DNA from: Minisyncoccota bacterium
GTDB lineage: Bacteria; Patescibacteriota; Minisyncoccia; Phycocordibacterales; UBA9973
Assembly: GCA_041659845.1 (NCBI GenBank)
Contig: JBAZXM010000001.1
Coordinates: 124 to 64,123, forward strand
Length of the DNA stretch: 64,000 nucleotides
Direction of reading: 5' to 3'
The first letter of the stretch is position 1. Each line of letters begins with the position of its first letter. Positions 47,549 to 55,792 of the stretch are shown piece after piece. The notes beneath the pieces are model-generated. The model was not told the DNA's origin. It was given only the letters and a program-made list of their open reading frames with translations, and made no database searches. Both the position numbers and the translations under genes were made by a program.

Positions 47549-48814
47549 TTAAAGTGATAAATTTCCCTTAGCTTTGATTCCAGAAATTGAATGTTTTTTC
47601 TTTTTTAGATAGGTGAAATATCCTGCCATGGCTATCATAAGAGAATTGTCGGTGGAAAGGCCTTTATCAGGGAAGTAAATCTTCAACTTGGGAGCTGAGC
47701 TCCCGAGTGATTTTGCGAGAGATTCTCGGATGTGGGTGTTGGCAGAGACGCCTCCACCGACGATGAGCATTTTCGCCCCATATTTTTCAATCGCGAGCAT
47801 TGTCTTTTTCATTAACACTTCTGTCACAGAATCTTCGAATTCGCGTGCTATTTCTTTTTTTATTTCTTCCGTTAATCCCTTTGGTGTCTCGTTGATTTTT
47901 TGTATCAAATAAAGAACCGCAGTTTTTAATCCGGAAAATGAAAAATCAAAATCTTTCGTATGGATCATCGGTCGGGGGAGGATATTAGGAAAGAGTAGGT
48001 TCTGAGGGTACGCAATTTTCTTGCTAGAAAATTGCTCAGTCCTCGCGTCAGTCGCGCTGTGGGGTCCCTCAGAACCCACTCTTTCCTTTCTAGATTCCGC
48101 GGCAAGGCGGGAAATTTGCGGTCCGCCGGGGTATGGGAGCCCAAGCATGCGTGCGACTTTATCAAACGCTTCACCGACAGCATCATCACGCGTCTCGCCG
48201 ATTTTTTTATATTTCATCCAGTCTTTTATCAGAATAAGCTCAGTGTGCCCGCCTGAAATAAGTAGTGCGATTGCGGGTAGGGGGAAATCTTTCGTATTTA
48301 CATTTTTGCCATCAGTCGGTAGAACAGAAAGAATGTGACCCTCCATATGATTAACCGGAATAACAGGAATATCCCATGCAGAGGATAGCGATTTGGCGAA
48401 ATTAACCCCGACCCACAGTGCTGGTTCGAGTCCAGGGCCATATGTGACTGCAATGGCATCAATCTTTGGTTTTTTGATTAAAGGAATATATTCCAGTAAA
48501 TCTTTCAATAATTCGGGCTCACGGTCTAAAATTTTCGATAATTTTCTCTCTTGTTTTTTATCTGATACTTTTTTCTTGAGAGGTTTTTCCATCTTTGCTT
48601 CTGTAAGAACTCTTTTCAAGATTGGAATGCAAGCCTTCGTGTGCTCGCGCTTAGCGACAGCAGGGAAGACGCCTCCGTATTGCGCATGGAGGCTAGCCTG
48701 TGAAGCGATTTCATTCGCCAATACTTTGAATTTGGGTGTTTTGACGGTACCACTCGCTTCTATGATTGAAAGCGCGGTTTCGTCGCAACTAGTTTCAATA
48801 GAGAGAATTTTCAT
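47549..48814 (-). CDS. tsaD: t6A37 threonylcarbamoyltransferase TsaD with palindrome-encoded insertion
   Basis: IETSCDET, NHMEGH, SGGHT, DDAVGEAFDKVAR, FSFSGLKT, GGGVSAN, TDN. Confidence 0.96.
   Translation of the reverse strand: MKILSIETSCDETALSIIEASGTVKTPKFKVLANEIASQASLHAQYGGVFPAVAKREHTKACIPILKRVLTEAKMEKPLKKKVSDKKQERKLSKILDREPELLKDLLEYIPLIKKPKIDAIAVTYGPGLEPALWVGVNFAKSLSSAWDIPVIPVNHMEGHILSVLPTDGKNVNTKDFPLPAIALLISGGHTELILIKDWMKYKKIGETRDDAVGEAFDKVARMLGLPYPGGPQISRLAAESRKERVGSEGPHSATDARTEQFSSKKIAYPQNLLFPNILPRPMIHTKDFDFSFSGLKTAVLYLIQKINETPKGLTEEIKKEIAREFEDSVTEVLMKKTMLAIEKYGAKMLIVGGGVSANTHIRESLAKSLGSSAPKLKIYFPDKGLSTDNSLMIAMAGYFTYLKKKKHSISGIKAKGNLSL
47987..48087. repeat. 101-bp multi-hairpin palindromic element in frame inside tsaD
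   Basis: 22-bp arms with one mismatch (AGGAAAGAGTAGGTTCTGAGGG / CCCTCAGAACCCACTCTTTCCT) enclosing GCAATTTTCT-TGCT-AGAAAATTGC. Confidence 0.9.
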
Positions 48815-48886
48815 GGCTCTGATTGTAGCAGAAAATTTAAGTTTTTGCTTGTTTTGACTTTCTTCTTTATCGTGTTAGTATGAAAT

Positions 48887-49504
48887 ATGGAGCTTAAAAA
48901 ATTTAAAATAATGAAAAATGAAAAACTCATAATTTTTGCCGGGCCATCTGGCGTTGGTAAATCAACTATTAGTAAGCATATTCTAGAAAAGAGAAATAAT
49001 GAATGTGCCTTCTCAATATCAGCGACAACTAGAAAGCCTCGCCCTGGGGAGATTAATGGACAACACTACCACTTTCTTTCTGTTGAGGAATTCAAGCAAA
49101 AGATAAAAGAGAATGCCTTTGCTGAATATGAGGAGGTTTATGAGGGAATTTTCTATGGTACTTTCGTTTCAGAAATTGAAAGTATTTTTGCGATTGGAAA
49201 GGCTGTCATCTTTGATATCGATGTCTATGGAGCTCTTAATCTCAAAAATAATTATGGAGATAATGCATTAACAATAATTGTTACTCCTCCTACACTGGAT
49301 GACCTCAAGAAACGCCTAACTGCTCGTGATTCAGAAACTGAAGAAAGCCTTAAAAAGCGTCTTGATAAAGCAGAAGAAGAGCTTTCTCATCATGGTGAAT
49401 TTGATCAAGTAATTGTCAATGCCGACGGTTCTGTTGAGCTTGAGAAAACTCTTGCAAAATCATTGAAAATCGTCGACGAATTTCTTGCCTTAAAATTGGC
49501 ATAA
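48887..49504 (+). CDS. gmk: Guanylate kinase (start may be 48911)
   Basis: GPSGVGKST, SISATTR.PR.GE..G.HY.F, YGT, DIDV.G. Confidence 0.96.
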   Translation: MELKKFKIMKNEKLIIFAGPSGVGKSTISKHILEKRNNECAFSISATTRKPRPGEINGQHYHFLSVEEFKQKIKENAFAEYEEVYEGIFYGTFVSEIESIFAIGKAVIFDIDVYGALNLKNNYGDNALTIIVTPPTLDDLKKRLTARDSETEESLKKRLDKAEEELSHHGEFDQVIVNADGSVELEKTLAKSLKIVDEFLALKLA

Positions 49505-49508
49505 ATCA

Positions 49509-49540
49509 AAAAGCCAGAACGCGTACGCGTTCTGGCTTTT
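49509..49540. terminator. Perfect palindromic bidirectional terminator
   Basis: AAAAGCCAGAACGCGTACGCGTTCTGGCTTTT between gmk and tRNA-Val. Confidence 0.8.
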
Positions 49541-49545
49541 ATTTT

Positions 49546-49622
49546 TGGTGCGCGGTGAGGAATTCGAATCCCCGGCCTACCCCACGTCAAGGGGTCGCTC
49601 TAACCAGCTGAGCTAACCGCGC
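49546..49622 (-). tRNA. tRNA-Val(GAC)
   Basis: GCGCGGT/ACCGCGC acceptor stem, ACCCC-TTGACGT-GGGGT anticodon arm, encoded CCA. Confidence 0.95.
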
Positions 49623-49733
49623 ATATATACTCAAAAATCTTACACAAAAATTGTCTTTTTCGCAATGTTTTGACTTATTTTAGATAAAGGAACATACTTT
49701 TTGCAGACACATTTAAAAGAAAGGAGGTGTTCA

Positions 49734-50156
49734 ATGAAACATGTATATATAACAACCTATGATGATGAAGAATTTGAGAAAACAGCGCATTTAGCTAGCT
49801 TCAGGCCACTACTACACATTGCTTTCTTGTCTTCGACCATTGAAAAAGTTTGGGATATTAAAAAGCTCTACTGTCTTCCGATGAGGGAAAAAATATTTAA
49901 GGAAGATCTTAAAAATCCGATGTTTGAACAAGCCTTGAGAATAATTTGTAAAGAAATTATCGCTGAGATTTCAGATGATTCTTATATTATTTTCATAGTG
50001 CCGAACATTTTAAAAGAAATCATTATTGATTTATTCACGAAAGAGAATATTGAGACACATGATGAATCTTTTAATAAGGAATATCATGATCTAATGAAAG
50101 GATTTAAGGCATGGAGATGGCCTGTCGAAAATCCTAACGGATATCTAAACAATTAA
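49734..50156 (+). CDS. Hypothetical protein, degenerate histidine-phosphatase-fold paralog A
   Basis: AGGAGG Shine-Dalgarno ahead of ATG 49734, own promoter and terminator; fold inferred from strand pattern. Confidence 0.6.
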   Translation: MKHVYITTYDDEEFEKTAHLASFRPLLHIAFLSSTIEKVWDIKKLYCLPMREKIFKEDLKNPMFEQALRIICKEIIAEISDDSYIIFIVPNILKEIIIDLFTKENIETHDESFNKEYHDLMKGFKAWRWPVENPNGYLNN

Positions 50157-50240
50157 AAAAGCCCTTTTGGGGCTTTTTATTATTTTGACTTTTTATATTG
50201 GAAGTGCATAATGTGTTTAACTGTTCTAAAAAAATAAATC

Positions 50241-50765
50241 ATGAAAAGAGATATCATCATTGTAACATATGGCGATAAATTTTTCGCCAATGTTTATACC
50301 AAGAATGCCAATATTCAGCCAGCTCTCGTATTAATTAGTAAGGAAGCTTTCAGTTATATGGAAAAATTTCATAATAGAGATGAAGCAATAGGTTTGATAA
50401 CTGATCAGCAGATAGAATACGAAAAAGCAGCTGGTGATGAAGATACGCAGGATATTGATGTGATCAATAATTTGATACAGCAAGCCTTTGACGACCTAGG
50501 TCGTTCATGCGTAATACTTGCGGTAGATGCTGATGTTGCTGAGGATTTTTTGAAAGTATTTGATCCTGAGATATTTGGAGCAACCCTTTATAAGGAATTT
50601 ATTATTTTTAAAAAACGCAAAGCAAAATCAGGAGAAATTTTCGTTCTCACTTCCAATGAAGGTTCAGCCAGTAATGGTTCTGAATTTTATTATGATCTTG
50701 TTCCTATGAAGGATTATATTAACGAAGACCCTACTGGTGAACAAAATAATCCTTCTCAGAATTAA
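50241..50765 (+). CDS. Hypothetical protein, degenerate histidine-phosphatase-fold paralog B
   Basis: IIIVTYG, PALVLIS, CVILAVD, SGEIFVL; TTGACT..CATAAT promoter and terminator. Confidence 0.65.
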   Translation: MKRDIIIVTYGDKFFANVYTKNANIQPALVLISKEAFSYMEKFHNRDEAIGLITDQQIEYEKAAGDEDTQDIDVINNLIQQAFDDLGRSCVILAVDADVAEDFLKVFDPEIFGATLYKEFIIFKKRKAKSGEIFVLTSNEGSASNGSEFYYDLVPMKDYINEDPTGEQNNPSQN

Positions 50766-50860
50766 AAGCCGCATATTTGCGGCTTTTTAGTTCCCAATAT
50801 TGCTTTTTTCCTGGCAGGTGTATACTTGACGTAAGTATCGTTTATTTACATTTTAAAAAT

Positions 50861-51325
50861 ATGGTCATGGAAAGTTTGATTTTAGTTGTTGTAACCTATG
50901 CTAATAAAGAGGTTGTGAAGAGATATAAGATGGATTTAGTTTATTTTAGCAAAGAAGTCCGGAGTCTGCTGAGGGGAAAACATTCATGGTTTTTTGCCTC
51001 TGAGAATTTATGGATACAATCTAAAACTGGCAATACGGATCAAGAAGTTGCGGAAAAAGTTGTGATGGGAATAAAATCATCAAGAATAGCATGTCTTATT
51101 TGTCCGCATCATCGCAAGGAAGAGCTTGTTGCTAAAATCCAAGAGCTTGCATCAATTGAGATTTATGATAGCGAGTTTCCTTTGAATGAATCTGTTTCCG
51201 AAAATGAATTATATATAGTCAAATTTTTTTACAACAAAGGAAAGTTAAAAAAATCAATCGCTTTCCGACTATTATCATTTCGCCTCGGCTTGCCGCTTCT
51301 CGGAGCTGATCCAGGAGAAAATTAA
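50861..51325 (+). CDS. Hypothetical protein, degenerate histidine-phosphatase-fold paralog C
   Basis: LVVVTYA, DLVYFS, ACLICPH, ENELYIV; TATACT promoter and terminator. Confidence 0.65.
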   Translation: MVMESLILVVVTYANKEVVKRYKMDLVYFSKEVRSLLRGKHSWFFASENLWIQSKTGNTDQEVAEKVVMGIKSSRIACLICPHHRKEELVAKIQELASIEIYDSEFPLNESVSENELYIVKFFYNKGKLKKSIAFRLLSFRLGLPLLGADPGEN

Positions 51326-51480
51326 CCCTGCTTTTTGGCAGGGTTTTTTATGTTACCTTTTTTTATCTGGGTATATACTATATTGATCCGAAAACCAATT
51401 AAAAACCCTCAATTTTTTTTGGTTTGTTTTTTCCTGAAATGAGTGCATACTAGGCAAAATGTTTCTTAAAACAAATTCTG

Positions 51481-51963
51481 ATGAAAAAGAAAACCATCTA
51501 TATAATCCCTTTCGGAGACCCTGAGCTTCCAGTGCTTTCAGGCTGTCAGACAAAGAAGCCGATGGCATATCTTAGGATTGGTGTTGGGATAGTACTTATG
51601 AGCGCTATCGACAGTTTTCATGCAGGCAATGAAGAGCAATATGATTTTTTATTTATTCCGGACGAACATTGGGGAAATAAAAATCATTTTGAGGTATGTA
51701 AATATTACAAATATCTAATTGCTGAAAAATTTGGAGATAGGGTTGATTGTTTATTTCTTTTTGTAAATCATGCACATCTTCTTGAACTAAACGTGTTTAT
51801 TGAAGAATTGAACTGCACATTACATCAGTCAATTTTCGACAAAACAAAAAAGTTGAATAATGGAAAGTTCTATATTGTGGACATTCGCCATAATTTACAA
51901 ACAGGAAAGATATCATCTAAATTACACGAATACATACCCAAGCGCAAAAAACCGGCACCATAG
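51481..51963 (+). CDS. Hypothetical protein, degenerate histidine-phosphatase-fold paralog D
   Basis: IYIIPFG, GIVLMS, CLFLFVNH, LNNGKFYIV; terminator overlaps the stop. Confidence 0.65.
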   Translation: MKKKTIYIIPFGDPELPVLSGCQTKKPMAYLRIGVGIVLMSAIDSFHAGNEEQYDFLFIPDEHWGNKNHFEVCKYYKYLIAEKFGDRVDCLFLFVNHAHLLELNVFIEELNCTLHQSIFDKTKKLNNGKFYIVDIRHNLQTGKISSKLHEYIPKRKKPAP

Positions 51964-51980
51964 TGCCGGTTTTTATATTG

Positions 51981-52067
51981 CGGAGGCGGTGAGATTTGAA
52001 CTCACGATACGGTTTCCCGTATGCTGGTTTTCGAAACCAGTGCCTTCAACCACTCAGCCACACCTCC
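51981..52067 (-). tRNA. tRNA-Ser(CGA)
   Basis: GGAGGTG acceptor stem, CTGGT-TTCGAAA-ACCAG anticodon arm, long variable arm, G discriminator. Confidence 0.95.
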
Positions 52068-52140
52068 TTATATTTACTCGGACACTCTATCATTTTTTTG
52101 CATTTTTTACAAAAAATGTTATATTTGATTCGTGTTTTAT

Positions 52141-52212
52141 GGCCCTATCGTCTAACGGTTAGGACATTGCCTTTTCAAGGCAGTAATCAGAGTTCGATTC
52201 TCTGTAGGGTCA
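52141..52212 (+). tRNA. tRNA-Glu(TTC)
   Basis: GGCCCTA/TAGGGTC acceptor stem, TTGCC-TTTTCAA-GGCAG anticodon arm, TTCGATT. Confidence 0.93.
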
Positions 52213-52216
52213 CAAA

Positions 52217-52996
52217 GTGATACTTGGTGTTCAGAACATACTAAATTTATATAAAAAAGTAGGGGAGACACCACTTGAGTGTTTAGATAGATTTCGGCAT
52301 GAATATCCGGAATACGAGGGGATTCCTATGACATATGCCGGTAGGCTCGACCCAATGGCAGAAGGGGTGCTGATTGCTCTTGTGGGAGAAGAAGCGAAAA
52401 ATCGTGACCAATATACGAATCTTGATAAGGAATATGAATTTGAAGTTCTTTTTGGGTTCGAGACTGATACGTATGACATTTTAGGCTTGGTTAAAAATGT
52501 TCTGAATGACGAACCCACCCATCCTACACCAAGGCTTCGGAGGGCAAGCAAAGATAAAATAATTTCTTTGCTTGCGAAATTCAAGGGGACTATTTCTCAA
52601 CCATATCCGCCATATTCTTCAAAAACAGTTTCTGGAATTCCGCTTTTCGAGTGGGCGCGAAAAGGGAAGCTTGATGAGATTGAAATTCCAAAACGAGATG
52701 TGGAAGTTTATAATCTTGAACTGACAGATTCGAAAACTATTTCAAAAGATGAATTAGAGAAGAATATAATTGAACGAATTGGTTTAGTCAAAGGTGATTT
52801 CAGGCAAGTAGAAATTTTGGCGAAATGGGAAGAAGCTTTAAAAGATGCGCCAGATAACTTTGAAATTTTTAAATTTAAAATCTCATGCGGGAGCGGCACT
52901 TATGTGCGCGTGATTGCTCATGAATTGGGTAATGTGGTTGGGTGTGGCGCAATCGCATGGTCAATCAAAAGGACGAAGGTGGGGGATTTCAGCTAG
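52217..52996 (+). CDS. truB: tRNA pseudouridine(55) synthase TruB
   Basis: YAGRLDPMAEGVL, G.ETDT.D..G, Q.YPPYSS, CGSGTYVR. Confidence 0.9.
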   Translation: MILGVQNILNLYKKVGETPLECLDRFRHEYPEYEGIPMTYAGRLDPMAEGVLIALVGEEAKNRDQYTNLDKEYEFEVLFGFETDTYDILGLVKNVLNDEPTHPTPRLRRASKDKIISLLAKFKGTISQPYPPYSSKTVSGIPLFEWARKGKLDEIEIPKRDVEVYNLELTDSKTISKDELEKNIIERIGLVKGDFRQVEILAKWEEALKDAPDNFEIFKFKISCGSGTYVRVIAHELGNVVGCGAIAWSIKRTKVGDFS

Positions 52997-53089
52997 GTCT
53001 TGCCTAGCTAGGGATACTTGTTGGATGAGAGCTAATTTGATACTGTTACTCTTAGTTAAATATTGTTTTTTAACGTAAAATATAAATAT

Positions 53090-53962
53090 ATGAGTATGAA
53101 AATCGTTATTTCTGGAGCAACAGGAGAGCTAGGAGGTAGTATTGTCCTTGATCTATGCAAGCGCTTTCCGCAAGCATATATTCTTGCATTTGGGCGAGAC
53201 GAGGAGAAGCTCGCTCTGCTTAGAGAAAAAATTAAAAAATCTTTTCCGGATAGGCAATGGCCGGTATTTGTCACACAGGGACAAAAAATATCTAAAAATG
53301 ATACAGATCCCAATGGTGATATAAGCACAGAACAAGATCGTAATAAAATTTTTAATGCGATTGAAAAGCGTCTCGGCGGAGTTGATATGTATATCAATAC
53401 TATTGGATTATATAAATCTGACTCTAAACTTGATGTAAAAAGCGCTCAAGAATTACGCGAAACAAACTTCACTTCCAATGCTTCATTTACCGAAGAATTG
53501 ATCTCCAGATTTTCGGATGGCAAAACTCCGCTTGTGATTGCCGATATAGGCACGATCGGTGCTGTTGCCGAGCTTGTAAAAAAGCCGCTAGAAGGTACTA
53601 CCATCTATGGAGAATCCAAGGCGCGTCTTGTAGAGCACACAATGAATCTTGCGAAAAATCATGAGAATGTCTTTGCGCGAATCGTGCACCCTGGGCCATT
53701 CGGCGCATCTGCACAGAAAATCGCTGATGAATTCGGTGATTGCTGGGCGATGAAAACTGAAGATGTTGCAAACTTTTCTCTCGATTTATTTTTTGCTCCG
53801 AGCAAAGAAAAAATTGTGCAAGGTATAATCTGTGCCGAGCCGCACTTCTTCTGGGGTCACATCGGAGATATTGATATGCTTGGTATCGAAGGATTAACTA
53901 TGACTCATTCATTTAAAGTCCGGAAGAAGAAAAGCATGTTTCTCGTTCGAAAAGATAAGTAG
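53090..53962 (+). CDS. SDR family NAD(P)-dependent oxidoreductase
   Basis: ISGATGELG, YGESK catalytic motif, VHPG. Confidence 0.8.
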   Translation: MSMKIVISGATGELGGSIVLDLCKRFPQAYILAFGRDEEKLALLREKIKKSFPDRQWPVFVTQGQKISKNDTDPNGDISTEQDRNKIFNAIEKRLGGVDMYINTIGLYKSDSKLDVKSAQELRETNFTSNASFTEELISRFSDGKTPLVIADIGTIGAVAELVKKPLEGTTIYGESKARLVEHTMNLAKNHENVFARIVHPGPFGASAQKIADEFGDCWAMKTEDVANFSLDLFFAPSKEKIVQGIICAEPHFFWGHIGDIDMLGIEGLTMTHSFKVRKKKSMFLVRKDK

Positions 53963-54078
53963 ATTATTTGTAAAACTGCCTGAAATTTTCAGGCAGTTTT
54001 TTATTTGCATAAGTTGTAAATATGTGTTATTGTAAACTGGAATTTAAATAAATCACTTCATTTAAAACAAAATAAGTC

Positions 54079-54966
54079 ATGCTTAAAAAAGACAAAACCA
54101 AGAGTGTTTTGTCCAAACGGCAAAACATCACAGAAAAATTACCAAATATTTGGGAACTTGAATTTAAAAAACCATTCGAAATAGTTAATGGAAAACGCAG
54201 ATGGAATTTTCCCCCTAGGGAATATAATACATCTGGTATCTACATACTCAAAGAAAGATCAAAAATAATTGATCTTCGTATGGCCTTATCCCTGTATAAT
54301 ATGGTGTTAAAATTGAATAAAGTTAAGGGGTATAATACTGAAATTTACACAGTCGCACTTTGTTGTGTACCTAAGGAATCCTTAAAAAAATCTCTTGTAC
54401 ATTTTACTAAGCAGATAGCTAAATATCCTCTTGGTTGTACCATTAATCAACTTTATGATTTTTGGGAAAAAGATAGCATGAGAGATCCGAGTATGTTTTT
54501 GCAATTTCAAACTCCATATGAAATGAAAGAAAATATAAAGCGAGCTTGCACCTATCGGAGATTTGATTATCGATATCGTTCTGGTGTGTATCTTATCCGA
54601 GAGAATGGGGTTGTTGTGTATGTGGGTATGAGTACTAGTAACTTGTACCAAGTTCTCTATAATCATTTTACCCCATATCCATCTGATCGTGCTGGATTGC
54701 ATTATCGTGTAGAATACTCGCAAACATTAAATATTCATTCTTATGATGTTGCGATTATTGATATCCCCGGAATTAATAAAAGTGATGGAAAAATTACAGA
54801 GCTTAGCACTGGAGAAATTCGTGCAAAAGTATCTGACCTAGAAAAGAGGTTAATCGCCATCTATAAACCGAGAGATAATCGCAGAGATGTTCCATTAGAT
54901 GTTTCCGTTGAGTCGAACAAGGAAGATAAATCATGGCTGCAAGGAGAAGAAGAGGCTCCATTTTAA
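54079..54966 (+). CDS. GIY-YIG domain protein with acidic C-terminal tail
   Basis: SGVYLI....VVYVGMS..L...L..H ... LEK.LI..YKP.DN; C-terminus EEEAPF. Confidence 0.75.
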   Translation: MLKKDKTKSVLSKRQNITEKLPNIWELEFKKPFEIVNGKRRWNFPPREYNTSGIYILKERSKIIDLRMALSLYNMVLKLNKVKGYNTEIYTVALCCVPKESLKKSLVHFTKQIAKYPLGCTINQLYDFWEKDSMRDPSMFLQFQTPYEMKENIKRACTYRRFDYRYRSGVYLIRENGVVVYVGMSTSNLYQVLYNHFTPYPSDRAGLHYRVEYSQTLNIHSYDVAIIDIPGINKSDGKITELSTGEIRAKVSDLEKRLIAIYKPRDNRRDVPLDVSVESNKEDKSWLQGEEEAPF

Positions 54967-55075
54967 AATCCCCAAGCTTTAAAAGCAGGGGATTTTTGTT
55001 TGACTTTTTGTGAAAAATATATTATTGTTTGAACAAGTTATATATGTAAATTCAAAAACTAAAAATAATAAAACA

Positions 55076-55693
55076 ATGAAAAAATTAGCAATATTTGATT
55101 TCGATGGAGTGTTTGTTCATACACTAGATATGTGTTACGCGATTAACTCAAAGGTTAACCCACATCTTTCTTTTGAGGAGTATAAAAAAATGTCTTATGG
55201 TAACTTTTTCCAATCATTTCAAGGAGATGCTCCTTCAGTTGTATTCACCCCGAGTCCGACATTTTATGAAGAATACGCAGATCAACTTTTAAACAATTTC
55301 AGCGTTTCAAAAGAACTCAATAAAATGTTTTTTAGGTTAAAAAGAGAATACACTCTTTGTATTGTAACATCTGCATTAGAAGAAATTATAAAGCCCTTTT
55401 TAAAAAAAGAAGGGTTGCTGGAATTATTTTCTGATGTGCTTGGAAAGGAAGTCCACAAAAGTAAAGTGGTTAAGCTGAAACATTTACTTGAAAAATATGC
55501 AGTTGCATCTGAAAATGCACTGTATGTGACAGATACACTCGGTGATATCAGAGAGGCTCGCGAAGCTGGTATTGGAAGCATTGGTGTGACCTGGGGACTT
55601 CATGAATACGAAGTACTCATAATAGGGAATCCATTGTCGATTTCAGAGAGCGTCAAAGACCTGGAGCAAAAAATTAATTTTTTTCTATGTTAA
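55076..55693 (+). CDS. HAD family phosphatase
   Basis: IFDFDG, IVTS, K, YVTDTLGDI.EA, GVTWG. Confidence 0.9.
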   Translation: MKKLAIFDFDGVFVHTLDMCYAINSKVNPHLSFEEYKKMSYGNFFQSFQGDAPSVVFTPSPTFYEEYADQLLNNFSVSKELNKMFFRLKREYTLCIVTSALEEIIKPFLKKEGLLELFSDVLGKEVHKSKVVKLKHLLEKYAVASENALYVTDTLGDIREAREAGIGSIGVTWGLHEYEVLIIGNPLSISESVKDLEQKINFFLC

Positions 55694-55792
55694 AAACCCC
55701 GAATCTCGGGGTTTTTATTTCGACAAGCGAGTAGCACGTGAATGAGTATTCTCATACACGATGTACGAGTCGAAGTCGAATTAAAGTACTCT

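Noticed and set aside
49660-51975. Integron cassette array
   Set aside because: No intI gene and no attC sites (RYYYAAC...GTTRRRY). The genes carry their own promoters and simple terminators.
51860-52220. ORFs 51860-52162 and 51996-52220, and the many antisense ORFs overlapping core genes
   Set aside because: These are shadow frames over tRNAs or well-supported genes and carry no recognisable motifs.
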